Source: Eledone cirrhosa (Eukaryota). Taken from it: 64,000 nt of DNA. The stretch covers positions 166,594,001-166,658,000 of the forward strand of contig OZ024741.1 of NCBI GenBank assembly GCA_964016885.1. The letters are read 5' to 3'. A program made the translations under genes and the position numbers. Positions 12,231-24,669 of this stretch are shown piece by piece. Under the pieces are notes generated by a model. The model did no database searches and was not told the origin of the DNA. It saw only the letters and a list, made by a program, of their open reading frames with translations. Numbering within the stretch: position 1 is the first letter of the stretch; each line of letters starts with the position of its first letter.

Positions 12231-13116
12231 TGTTTTTAGAAAATTAACCAAGGAGAACGATAAATAGTGGACAAATAACGTCTAAGTAAGCAAATCTAAA
12301 CATGGATATAAATTGTGAAAAAATGTGATAAATCTATGTGGTCTGAGAAAGTGGGTTTGTTTTGCAAGATTTTGTGTACCAGTCAAATTTCAGGTTTTAA
12401 GTTAGGGGCAACGCAGCGTACGGACTACCTGTGATAAAGGAAATTAAATAGTCTGGCTACAGTGGTAGGTATATAAGTGTCAGTATGTTTGTTCAGTTCG
12501 AACATAGCAATAAGTAAGTACTGACCATTGAAAGGATACAGGCAAAAATGGCCGAAAAATCACAGCATGATAAACTGGAACCTTATGACCATAAACACAT
12601 TAACTAAACCTCCTTTAAAGTGACAAATGTTGAAGAAGTATGCATTTCAGAAACATGGGGTAGCTTATGAGAGTACGCATGTAAAAAAAACCTACCACTT
12701 GTCAAAAGCCAAAAAAGAAGTGTGATCCTAGGTCGGACTTGACCGATATAAATAGGAGTGATTTCGCTCAATGAACAACACTCGAGTTGTCTGATTGGTT
12801 AGATAATACAAATAAGTGTGATGAAATCTACTGAACACAACTCACTGATGTGTGGTTGGCCAGAGGTCACCATTTAGCACTTAATTGAGGTGCAATTAAA
12901 CGGAGGAGACAACCGAGTGCAAAAACTAATCAATCATTCGCACAGTTTAGGCATGAGTGTGAAATAGCACAATCCTCATACATAGGCGTTAAAATTTACA
13001 CCTGGGTTAAATTGCGCTTTCTTGGTTAGGAGTGTGAAATGACGCCAAAGTTCAAGGAAAAAAATTTAACTCCTCATTCCGCACTTAATTTTGGTGCAAT
13101 TACACGGGGGAGACAA

Positions 13117-13555
13117 TCATTTTACGTCCGCTTTTCCCTACTTGCAAGAGTGGGACGGGTCTTATTCAGCACAGCATCTCTCCACTTGTCACGGTCCTTC
13201 GTCATCTCCACCGTGAGCTTCAGCGATCTGAGGTCTGTTCTCACCATCTCCGCTTATGTTTTTCGTGGTCTACCTCTACCACGTCTTCCTTCAACTGGCA
13301 TTTCCTGGCACTTCTTCACCCATCGGTCATCCTCCATGTGCATCACATGTCCATACCACTGCAGTCTCCTCTCTCGCACACTACATTCTATCCCTCTCAG
13401 ACACAGTTTCTCTCTCAACACATCCATGCTGGGTCGTTCACGCACATTGACATTGCACATCCAATGGAGCATGCTTGCCTCATTTCTCTTCAGCCGTCGC
13501 ATGTCCTCTACAGTTGCTGCCCATGTCTCACTACTATGCAGCATCGCGCTCCTCG
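13117..13555 (-). mobile_element. RTE LINE 3' fragment nested in Helitron 1
   Basis: MLHSSETWA...RRLQWYGHVMHM...RGRPRKT. Confidence 0.88.
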
Positions 13556-13599
13556 TGCAAAATTAAATTCAATCATCCTAAAGTTAACTAAACAAACTA

Positions 13600-14700
13600 A
13601 AGTTAAGTCAGGGGGATTTAAAAATTCGCTACTCTATTTGTAGGACATGAGTAACCGATGCGTCAACTTTTGTTTAAATTGACTTTTATTTCCAGAAGTT
13701 GAATTGCTTTGCTGTAACCATAATATGAACTTTAAAAGTGGTCCAAAGGGGCTCACTGGCCTCCCTAGGGGGTTCCCTTGCAAAATTCAAGTGATAACGA
13801 ATGGGTGGTGCTTTATCTTATGGCAGGCAATAACCATTTTGTTTAGTTTTTGTAAGAATCAAGTATAAACTAACTGAGGTTATGGTGCTTTTTTATTGTG
13901 GCAGTTTGAACTTTTATAGGTTAATGAATTGGGCTCATTGGCCCCGAGGGGTCCTCTTGCTGAATTGAAATGAAAGTAAATGTGCCTCACTGTATCTTCA
14001 TCTGTAATACATGAATAACAACTAAGTCGAAATTTGTTTTATTGGACTACTAATTATTGAAGCTATGACGCTTTGCTGCATTACAATAGCCAAATTCAAT
14101 AAATGACTCATTGGGGCTTACTGCCTCCTGGGGGTCCCCTTGCTGGTTCCGGTTATAGACAGTGTCTTCAACATCATCTTTAGGCAATGGGTAACCAATG
14201 TGTCCGGTAAAGTTAAAATCGAACGAAAACTTCTAAAGTTATCACGTACTAATACAGTGTTAATGTGAACTTCCATAGATAAGTCGAAGGGGGATCCCCT
14301 TGATAAGTTCAAGTAAAAGTTCATGTGTTCACCTTCCTTTATAAGCCATGGGTAACCAATACGTCTCACTTCGTGAAAACCAAACACCAACTCAAGTAGT
14401 TATGACGTTTTGTTGCATTGATGATATCAACTTCAACATTCATAAAGTCGGTTTACTGCCCCCCAAGGGGTCCCCTACTTGAATTTCTGCGCAAGTGCAT
14501 GCCTGCAAATTTATTTGTAGGCCATAAGCAAACAAAAGATTAATTTTTGGTGAATATGGGAGGCAAACTGCAGGAATTATGGGGTCTTTATGCAGTAGTA
14601 CTGCTGACTCCAAGCGAGAGGCTTAAGGGGGCTATCTGCTCCTGGGTGGGCCCACAATCGATGTATGGAAAAATAGCCTACGACACGTAATAGGACTTCA
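13600..14700. repeat. Diverged ~175-182-bp tandem repeat inside the Helitron 1 5' region
   Basis: The GGGCT(C/T)A(C/T)TG.C.CC..GGGG.TCCC.TTGC motif recurs at ~13749, 13931, 14113, 14290, 14450 and 14627. Confidence 0.7.
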
Positions 14701-15720
14701 GAAACCTATGTATGAAATTTAGTGCAAATCGGTTGTAAAATGTAGAAATGCATGCGGTTACACAGACAGAGAGAGAGAGAGACAGACAGACAGACATCTT
14801 CTGTTTTATATATATAGATAATCATCTCACATAATATTGAATCTATGGGATTCTGGTATTATTCATTTTGAGAACAATACCTTAACATAAGTATGAGCAG
14901 CCAGTTACAGCCGGTTTGAATAGAAAAAGGTGAGAGAATTCTGGCTGGATACAGCCAGTTTAAATGCTAAAGGGTTAAAAAGGACTTGATGATCAGTAAG
15001 AAGTCTCTTATCGGACTCACAAGGCTAACCCCTGATTGTATCTCTAATGAAATACACTGAATTTTGATTAATGAAGAATTTGGCCCTCCAAATAACATTA
15101 TTATTTATTTCATTATTAAAGTGATTTGTAACAAAATGCTAAATTCGCCAACACTACACCTGATATTCCCCCTGCATACACATACACGCATGTGTGTGTG
15201 TATATCATGACTCATACACTTTCACTTTCTTGACATTTGTACATTATTCTATGTTGTCCAAGGGAAAGGCAATGGCTGATACAGCTTGGCACCAGTGACG
15301 TCGCAACTCATTTCTACAGCTGAGTAAACTGGAGCAACATGAAATAAAGTGTCTTGCTCAAGGACACAATGCATCACCCGGTCCAAGAATCCAACTTACA
15401 ACCTCTAAACTGCAAGCCTAATGCTCTAACCACTAAGCCATGTGCCTTCACATGTAGTCACCTTGATAATATGTAGCTAAAACATGAACATTAACTAAAA
15501 TATTATCGAATAAATTAGAAAGTTTTGAGATGTAGTTATATAGAAGACTTCTGAAATATCATGGACAGAACACAAAAGCAATGATGAAGAACTAAAAATG
15601 GTAAAAACTAAGAAAATTTAATTAGACACCATCAAAGTGAGAAAATAAAAATACTTTGAACATTTAATTAAAAACAAAAAGGATTTATAGGGTCTATTCA
15701 TAGAAAGCAAAATGTATAGC

Positions 15721-17000
15721 TAATTATCAGAACTATATTAGGGTCCATCGAGTAAATAGTTGTCAGAACTATAGGGTCCAGTACAGTCCATATAGTAAAT
15801 AGTTATCAGAACTATATAAGGGTCCATCGAGTAAATAGTTGTCAGAACTATATTAGAGTCCATTAGGGTCCAACTGGTAAGTAGACGTCAGAACTATATT
15901 AGGGTCCAACTGGTAAATAGATGTCAAAACTATATTAGGATCCAGTAGGGTCAAACTGGGAAATAGACATCAGAATTATATTAGGGTCCTGTAGGGTCCA
16001 ACTGGTAAGTAGACGTCATAACTATATTAGGGTCCAACTGGTAAATAGATGTCAAAACTATATTAGGGTCCAGTAGGGTCCAACTGGGAAATAGACATCA
16101 GAACTATATTAGGGTCCAGTAGGGTCCATCTAGTAAATAGTTGTCAGAATGAGTGGGTCCATCTAGTAAATAGTTGTCAGAATGATAGGGTCCATCGAGT
16201 AAATAGTTGTCAAAACTATATTAGAGTCCATTAGGGTCCAACTGGTAAGTAGACGTCAGAACTATATTAGGGTCCAACTGGTAAATAGATGTCAAAACTA
16301 TATTAGGGTCCAGTAGGGTCCAACTGGGAAATAGACATCAGAACTATATTAGAGTCCATTAGGGTCCAACTGGTAAGTAGACGCCATAACTATATTAGGG
16401 TCCAACTGGTAAGTAGACGTCATAACTATATTAGGGTCTAACTGGTAAATAGATGTCAAAACTATATTAGGGTCCAGTAGGGTCCAACTGGGAAATAGAC
16501 ATCAGAACTATATTAGGGTCCAGTAGGGTCCATCTAGTAAATAGTTGTCAGAATGATAGGGTCCATCGAGTAAATAGTTATCAAAACTATATTAGAGTCC
16601 ATTAGGGTCCAACTGGTAAGTAGACGTCAGAACTATATTAGGGTCCAACTGGTAAATAGATGTCAAAACTATATTAGGGTCCAGTAGGGTCCAACTGGGA
16701 AATAGACATCAGAACTATATTAGCGTCCAGTAGGGTCCATCTAGTAAATAGTTGTCAGAATGATAGGGTCCATCTAGTAAATAGTTGTCAGAACTATAGG
16801 GTCCATCTAGTAAATAGTTGTCAGAACTATATTAGGGTCCATCTAGTAAATAGTTGTCAGAACTATATTAGGGTCCATCTAGAAAATAGTTGTCAGAACT
16901 ATATTAGGGTCCATCTAGAAAATAGTTGTCAGAACTATATTAGGGTCCATCAAGTAAATAGTTGTCAGAACTATATTAGGGTCCATCAAGTAAATAGTTA
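15721..17000. repeat. ~38-bp minisatellite (AGAACTATATTAGGGTCCA.CT.GTAAATAG.TGTC) with higher-order variants
   Basis: Direct inspection. Confidence 0.93.
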
Positions 17001-17081
17001 CCAAGTTTAACAGTGAACAGAATTATATTAATGTTATAGAGGTTATATATTATATTAATGTTATAGAGAAGATTAACTTAC

Positions 17082-17198
17082 CCGAAGAACTGTGAAACCA
17101 ATGACTTGAGTCTCTTCACCTTTCTTCCTAACTGACCGTGTTTCTGATTGTTCCAGAGAAAAGAGTATTTCCTGGGTTTTACCTACACGGAACATATA
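17082..17198 (-). CDS. CAPN5: Calpain exon 8 (YMFRVGKTQEILFSLEQSETRSVRKKGEETQVIGFTVLR), domain III
   Basis: ttccacag acceptor, CGG|gtaagt donor, 117 nt. LxQ...IGF motif. Confidence 0.9.
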
Positions 17199-18260
17199 CT
17201 GTGGAAATAGATAAACACTATGTTATGTTTGATACAAATCACAAATCTTTTTCATTTTCCTCCACTGCTGATCTGCAGTGCTGCCATTCATTACTATCTT
17301 CATTCCAAAGTCAACTTCTAATAGAAATAGAAGGAGTGAGGGAATGGAGATTTGGCAGATACCGGTGATGATGTTAAACTCACAGTATGGCCAGAACCTG
17401 TTCTGACACAACTGGTCGTCTTCTTTTTCGCCCACTTATTTCTGAGCTGTTCTGTTAGAGAATGGGTTGCAGATGGCAAATATCAATAGAGCCACCAAAT
17501 ATGATGGCTAGTTGCGGTATAAGTGGGCAACTTTCAGATGAATAAGCAACCCCGGACAAACAGTGGTAAACTACTAGGGGAGATGGAGTAATGGGTGACA
17601 CCCGCGGCTCCCAAGAAAATTCTCACAAACCAGTGAGATAGCTACGATGAAGTGAGTAAAGGCTGCCTTTAAATAAACCTAGTCTTCATGGGTTTGACGA
17701 AGGACCAGATTGGTGACTGGCGCGAATAAACCACCAAAACTGAAACTGCAATATGATGAGGAAAACTTGCAACTGGAGTTTTCATAAATACTCTGGAAGA
17801 TGAGGTATTACTGGAGGAAGATATTTGATGCAATATAAAACGTAATTGTGACTTAAATTTTATAGAGAAAAGCATTGCAATGAGATGGTATAACATTACC
17901 ATCACCATCATCATCATCATCATCATCATGACTATCATCATTTTCATGATTATCATTTTTATGTTTGCTTTTTATATATTGTTGTGGGTTGAATGAGACA
18001 TTTTGAAGGCAGTTCTACAGCTAGATGCTAGCCCATACTTATTTTAAGTATGGTACTTTCTCTGCTGTTCTTTATCTATCAAATCACTAAGCTGTGGGAT
18101 ATATTGTTTATACTGAACATAAACAAATGTCACCAGCTTTTTAAGAGGTGAAGATGTGAAGAAATACATAGATACACACACACACACATGCACAGAAATG
18201 CACATACACTCAACAGACTTCTGCTCAGTTTCCATTCATCAAATTTCCTCCACGAAGTAT

Positions 18261-18515
18261 CTAACCCTTTCATTACCATATATCTACTGAAAGACACGAC
18301 CAATATATTTCAATAAATTTTGAAATTTTGGAGAAGTTTAAAAATATAACTAATTTTCTTATTATCAAGCTGATGTTTGGAACATACCTCTATAAAGATG
18401 TCTTACATAAAATTATAATGGAAGGCTTTAATATGATTATGAACACTTTAAAACAAGCAGTTTTGTATTGTAGAACTTGGTGTGGTTTCAGGTGGTTTGG
18501 TAACAAAAGGGTTGA
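18261..18515. mobile_element. Second TTAA-type MITE family (also ~45325-45556, with partial copies at 45600-45745 and 46750-46897)
   Basis: TIR CCCTTTCATTACCA / TGGTAACAAAAGGG. A reverse-complement copy lies at 45325. Confidence 0.6.
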
Positions 18516-18617
18516 TTCTTTCAATATCAAACTGCCAGAAACTGCCCCCTGTTCTATAATATGAAGTTGTTTTAATGGATTTATATTTATCTAAAAAATC
18601 TTCCATTATAATTATAT

Positions 18618-19678
18618 TTAACCCTTTAGCATTTACAATACTCCGATGGATGTGTAATAGTAATATATGAGAACGGCGAAGAATAAATGAACTGAGAGAG
18701 AAACTAGGCATAAGAGGAATCAAATGCTGTGTGCAGGAGAGGAGATTGCATTGGTATGGACATGTGATGCATATAAAGGATGACAGCTGCATAAAAAGTG
18801 CAGAGCGTTCAAAGTCGATGGAAGCCTTGGAGCAGGGAGACCTAGGAAGACTTGCGATGAGGTGATAAAAGCAGACCTAGCCCAATTGCACCTCTCAAAG
18901 ACACATGACCAAGATCTCTAGCGATATGCAGTATTACAGAAAACCAGACTTTCCATGAGCACAAGCCGAAGCATATATACAGAATCGAAGGGCATCCAGC
19001 TGTAGAAACCATCCAGAATCAGTCCCGTATAAGTGAGACATGGTCACCTGACCTAGCATTGCCCACAACAGAACAACCCGTCTAACCCATGTTAGCATGG
19101 AAAATGGACGCAAGACAGAGGTAATGATGATATATGTACATACACACAAATATAAATATATATATCATTAACATGATATATATGGGTGTGTGTATATATA
19201 TATATATATATATAGATGTGTGTGTGTGTGTGTATGTTATGGTGGTACCACAAAACATCCAACCCACACTGTAAAGTGGTCATGTAAAAGACACAGTAAA
19301 AGGCATCACTGTAAATGTGGTTGGCACTAGGAAAGGCATCCAGTCATAGAAAACCAGCCAGAAACAGTCCTATATGAGCGAGACAAGGTCATCTGAGCCA
19401 ACTTGCCTCTAAATGGGACAAACCCATCTAACCCATGCTAGCGTAGAAGATGGACGTTAAACGATGATGATCACGATGAATACTCTATATTCACTATTGT
19501 ATTTTCACGGTAAACACTTTACCTTACATAATTATCTCACATAATATAGAATCTACGATATTTTGATATTATTTATTTTGAGAACAATACCTTATCATAA
19601 GTATGAGCAGCTGGTTTGAACAGAAAGAGGCGAGAGAATTCTAGCCAGATATGGCTGGTTTAAATGATAAAAGGTTAA
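18618..19678. mobile_element. TTAA MITE copy 3, split by an RTE 3' fragment (18644-19478)
   Basis: TIRs at 18618 and 19678. The insertion is flanked by a 7-bp duplication AATACTC (18637, 19479) and encodes RRLHWYGHV...GRPRKT. Confidence 0.8.
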
Positions 19679-19958
19679 GGACCTTTATTATGTTCCAAAG
19701 ATCAGGTAAATGCAGTCATAGTGATGCAGTTTTATATTTTTCAAGAATGTCTTGCTAATGTGGTTTCATGTAATTTATTAATTCAAATGTTTATAGTATC
19801 TTTACTAGTTGACAGATTGTGAAAATTTGCAGTATTGGAGTAAAGTCTTGAATTTCTATCAATAAAGTCATAGTGTAGCAGTTTTGTTGTACTTTTCAAG
19901 AATGCCTTGCTACTGTGGTTTCATGCAGTACAGGATGTTAAGAGTTAACTACACCAAC

Positions 19959-20136
19959 CTGAGGATTGTTTAAAAAATTTTCATTATTTCCACATCCTCC
20001 ACATCTATTAGGTTTTTCCCATTTTCCTAAATACAAAAATTCCTTCCATGTCTTTTTTAAGGTCAAAATCTTGGTGTTCAAAATATGACAGATGTCAATA
20101 TCAGTAAAGAATTGACAAAAATTCTCAAACTCCATC
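19959..20136 (-). CDS. CAPN5: Calpain exon 7 (MEFENFCQFFTDIDICH...RCGGCGNNENFLNNPQ), CysPc end and domain III start
   Basis: MxFxxFCxxF and GGCxNxxxFxxNPQ motifs. ttgtag acceptor, CAG|gttggt donor. Confidence 0.93.
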
Positions 20137-20441
20137 CTACAAAATAAAGAAAAAACAAAAACATTATAAACCAGCAATAACCACATTATATATTTGTATA
20201 AGAAATGAAAACACATAATATAACCTCTATATATAAATTTGATCAACTTCCGTCCATCCGTCACACAATGTCTGTAAAAGGAAGGAAGGGAATGGTGAAA
20301 AAACTATAGCAAAACAGCAGTTGGTGTTCCATTTGCTACACTGTGTGACTGTATGTGTGTGTTTACCGTATTTCCCAGTGCCGAAGACGCTTCGTCCACA
20401 AGAACGCACCCTAATTTTGACAACCAAAAATTTGAAAAAAA

Positions 20442-20631
20442 ATAATTGTTTCTATTTTTGGCACAAGGCCAACAATTATCCCAGTGCATTACTGGTACTT
20501 TATTTTATCGACCCCGTAAGGATGAAACGCAAAGTTAACCTCGGCAGGATTTGAAATCAGACTGTAAAGGGACGTAACTCTATCCTGGAAAGCATGGTGT
20601 CTGACCCTCTACCGGTACTGCCAATCCACCA
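20442..20631 (-). mobile_element. SINE family A
   Basis: Reverse complement of the consensus. Confidence 0.85.
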
Positions 20632-21091
20632 CATATATGCACACACATACACACCAGCATGTTGAAGAAGATCTTAGTAGAATAAATAATGGGCCATAAC
20701 TAAATGCTACAAAGTATTTTGTCCATTGGTTATACAATATTGAAAGTATTTTTTTAAAAATAGTATAGGTTGGGAGTGGGGGCAAAGAAAAAGAAAATAA
20801 CATTATGCCATAAATGGTAAAATATTTCACAAAGAATTAATATATAAAAATTCATGAAAAACTGCTGCATAGTTTGTTCTGGCAGCCTTATGAAATAAAT
20901 GTAAAATCAGATCATCTAAGGTAGAGGTTCTCAAAGTGAGCGCTACTTTCCCCACACCCCTCCGGAGAGGGGGGTCCTGAGAAGGTCTTGGGGGTGCTGG
21001 CGCCTAAGAGAGTGGTGGTGGGGGGCAGTAGAGATGATATAATAGTACATTAAATATTAAATTATAAATATTATATATAAATATAGTAAAT

Positions 21092-21362
21092 CATCATTAT
21101 CATCATCATTTTACGTCCGCTTTTCCCTGCTTACAAGGGTTGGACGGGTCCTATTCAGCACAGCATCTCTCCACTTGTCACGGTCCTTCGTCATCTCCTC
21201 GGTGAGTTTAAGCGATCTGAGGTCTGCTCTCACCACCTCCGCCCATGTTTTTCGTGGTCTACCTCTACTGCGTCTTCCCTCCACTGGGACTTCCTGGCAC
21301 TTCTTCACCCAGCGGTCATCCTCCATGCGCATCACATGTCCATACCATCTCAGCCTTCTCTC
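21092..21362 (-). mobile_element. RTE LINE 3' fragment
   Basis: RRLRWYGHVMRMEDDRWVKKC...RGRPRKTW. Same subfamily as 13117. Confidence 0.88.
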
Positions 21363-21600
21363 CAATTTTTTCCAAACTTTACACATGTAATACTTATGGT
21401 CCTGTGAGTGTTTTGAGCAAAAATAATTTCAAATTTTCAATGCCCTAGGGACTGCATTAGGCAATTTAGCGATCTCTCTATAATTCTTAGTCTTTCTTTT
21501 TAGATAGATACATAGCTACGTCGCGCCCTTATAATATGTCTGTATGTCTGGCTGTCTGCATTACAACATTATGACGTTACCTGTGTGTATGGGTGTGTGC

Positions 21601-21678
<78 letters not shown>

Positions 21679-22372
21679 TGTGTGTATATATAGTCTGTAA
21701 CATTTTTCGAAATATTTACTTCTGCGTTTACAGATTGATTTTTTTAGTTTCAGAAGATCCCGTTAAGGGTGAAAGCAGCGATTCTTTGCTTAAACTTTAA
21801 TATGTTATTTTAATATATATATATAATTATATATTCGAGTACAGATATTTTTGCATACACAAAAACAAAATATAAACAACAGTAAAAACAACAACAAAAA
21901 AGAGAGGGAACGCAATTACATGCTTTTGAAAAATCGTAATGGAAAATTATTTGCCTATTCACCCAAGGTGACTTCACTTTTTATTAGGACTTCTGCATCA
22001 ATTGGTGAACATACGACGAAACATTGAAAGGAGTAAGACAACACCACTCTCCACCACTGCAGTCCCACATGCTTATTGCTCTGTAACTATTGCTTTCATT
22101 GTACCATAGAACAACAAATACCTGTTCGGTTTGTCGAATGCCTTTTTACTTAACCCTATTGTCTTGACTTTCGTTGGTTGAACATTTTACTCTCAGGCAC
22201 CCAATTAAATTAAACCCCTGGTAAGCTACGACAAATTTTTTTTATAAGCACAAAATGTAGACACCATCCCCAGGCCGAGGTATTACGTAATTCTCTGTAC
22301 TGTTTCAGAAAGGAGGGATAAACATGCCAATCTATGTTTAGAATCCCGAGCAACGCCGGGCCATTCTGCTAG
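21363..22372 (+). mobile_element. Non-autonomous Helitron (5' end lost) nested in a hAT MITE
   Basis: 3' CCCGAGCAACGCCGGG-CCATTCTG-CTAG|T resembles the Helitron 1 end. 21367-21590 matches ~37595-37815. Confidence 0.8.
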
Positions 22373-23243
22373 TTATATATAAATTAACGATTTTATTTAT
22401 TATATATTATTTACAATTTGCATGTAGGCAGGTCTCTCTGGAAATAGGGTGAAGTGAGGCAGTGGTGCAAAATGTTTGAGAAGCTCCGATCTGAGGGAAC
22501 ATATAGTTATGAAGGTAAACTATGGAATATTTTCAAAAAGTGTCAAAGATTAATGCTTGTACTATGATAACATGCACTCAATATATTCTGTAAATTGGTA
22601 AAGCTGGTATCATGAGAAACTCACCCAGTAAGGTAATTGACATTAGCAAAAGCATCTAGCCATAGAAACCATACTAAATATGGAGTATAACAAGCCGGGT
22701 GGGGTGCTCTCACATGTTGGTCTCGGACTACAACAATCCATCCAATCCATGCCAACATGGAAATCAGACTTATGATGTTGATGATGATAATGAAACTTTC
22801 TATCTTTATATTTAATTTCGAACAAATTATATTTGAAAATATATGTGTGTATAGAGAAATGAAGAGGTAGTAAGAAAAGAGAGAGGAAGAAAGATATTGA
22901 AGAATAAAAAAATTAATAAAAAAAATTAAAAGAAACAAGGCAAAAAAGGTAAATAAGATTAAATTTTTAAAAATCTTAATTAAAAAGAAAAAATAATAGT
23001 TTAAAATTTTCCTACATGATGTTTTTAGCCCTGCATATAACCAAGTTCTTTAGCATACATATTTTTTCGCATTCTCATTTTTTTACCACACCTTTTCATC
23101 TTTTACTGCGTATCTTTACTTGCTTATATTTTCAAATTAAATTTCAATTTTTTACCTTTCATTCCTCTCGCCATCCCTTTAAACTTACCAACAGGCACAC
23201 ATATATTTATACTTTCATCTTTCTTCTAATTTCATTTATTAAC

Positions 23244-23459
23244 TTAACCCTTTAGCATTCACATTACTCGATATTCACTATTGTATTTCCACAGTAAACA
23301 CTTTTTCGCACATATTATCAAATCTATGAGACTTTGATATTATTTATTTTGAGAACAATACCTTAACATAAGTATGAGCCACCAGTTATGGTCGGTTTGA
23401 ACAGAAAGAGGTGAGAGAATTCTGGCCTGAAATGGCCAGTTTAATTGCTAAAGGGTCAA
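23244..23459. mobile_element. TTAA MITE copy 4
   Basis: Same TIRs and body as the other copies. Confidence 0.8.
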
Positions 23460-24348
23460 TTTGCTTTCTTAAGAATTAAATAAATTTCTAACATTTTATT
23501 TATCTAATTTCACCATTTTATTATAATTATTATTAAAATAAGTTTATTCATTTATTTATCCATGCTAGCATGGAAAACGAATGATGATGGTGATAATGAT
23601 GACGATGATGATGATGATGATCCCTAACGTTAATGTAAGTTTTAATGGTGACCCTAGGAACATATAAGCTTTTATAAAATCCACGATTTTTATGGGAAAC
23701 ATTTTATATAGGTCATTTAAAGTGTAACACTTTGTGCTTGCTAGACAACTTCAAGGTATATAATATATACTGTCAACACTTTCAATATTTTATTGTTTAA
23801 ATTATTTATGAGGGTAGGTTGAAAAGTTTATTGGCTGACTAAGATACTCTCATGGAATGACCAAATGAGGTTTATTTTTCAATATAGTCCCTGGAAAGAA
23901 ACAATGCAGTTATTAATAAGAGAGTTGAAATTAATGTATGCAAGATTTCATAGTTATAGCATCACTCCTTCATAGTCAGCCGATCTTCGTATATCTATTA
24001 AGTCAACGATCTTTTCCGAATAACCTTATTCCAACTGTGTCTCTAAGATTTAGACATTTTTCCCTGCCATTTAGTTTTCACCTTTAAGATGAACTTTTTC
24101 TTCTTACATTACCATTATTTTATTTGCTCTCGTCAATTTTTTCTACTCTTCAATCATTTTTTAAAACAAAATCTACAGATGAGAAACTGCATGTCTAATA
24201 AGAAAAATCTTTTTTCTTTTCCCCCTCTCATTATGTCTTCAATACATTTCCACTTTATTCTCTTCATCTCTTTCTAGTTCTTATTCACCACTGTAAACTT
24301 CCAGGTTCTTTCTCTTTTCTTTCTTACTACCTCTGAGTCTCTCTATAT

Positions 24349-24669
24349 CAGAGGTTCTGAAAATGGGCGCTACTGCCCCTCAGGGGTTGTTGAGAAGGTG
24401 GGGGGGGGGGGGGGTGGCTGCAGCCTAAGGGGGTGGTAGAGATAATATAATAGTATATTAAATATCAAATGATACATATTATATATAGATATAGTAAAAT
24501 AAAAGATATATAATATTTATTTATACATAGTACATATATTATTTATTATATATAAATTAACGATTTTATTTATTATATGCATATAGGCAGGTCTCTCTAG
24601 AGGTTGGAGCGCTGAGGGTATTACATGGCCGTATAGGGGGCAGTGGCCCCAAAGGTTTGAAAGCCTCTG
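24349..24669. mobile_element. hAT-type MITE
   Basis: TIR CAGAGGTTCTGAAA / TTTGAAAGCCTCTG with a perfect 8-bp TSD CTCTATAT. Confidence 0.88.

Larger units (their letters stand above)
7252..14818 (-). mobile_element. Full-length Helitron 1 (degenerate autonomous) in calpain intron 8
   Basis: On the minus strand: A|TCTATATATATAAAACAG... and ...CCGAGCAACGCCGGG hairpin TACCTCTG-CTAG|T. A/T insertion without TSD. The flanks rejoin into an intact MITE. Confidence 0.92.
7182..14978. mobile_element. TTAA MITE copy 2, split by Helitron 1 (7182-7251 + 14819-14978)
   Basis: The halves join as ...atcttaca|taatcatctcac..., matching accttacataattatctcac at 19521. Confidence 0.85.
20922..22488. mobile_element. 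hAT-type MITE (same family as 24349) interrupted by an RTE fragment and a Helitron
   Basis: TIR TAGAGGTTCTCAAA / TTTGAGAAGCTCCG. TSD ATCTAAGG/ATCTGAGG. Both halves align to the 24349 copy. Confidence 0.8.

Noticed and set aside
15721-17000. CRISPR-like or telomeric array
   Set aside because: No unique spacers, no cas genes, eukaryotic context, and the TTAGGG hexamers are not tandem.
18044-18235. Short ORF as an extra calpain exon
   Set aside because: Exons 7 and 8 already join in frame with continuous homology, and this ORF has no calpain motif.
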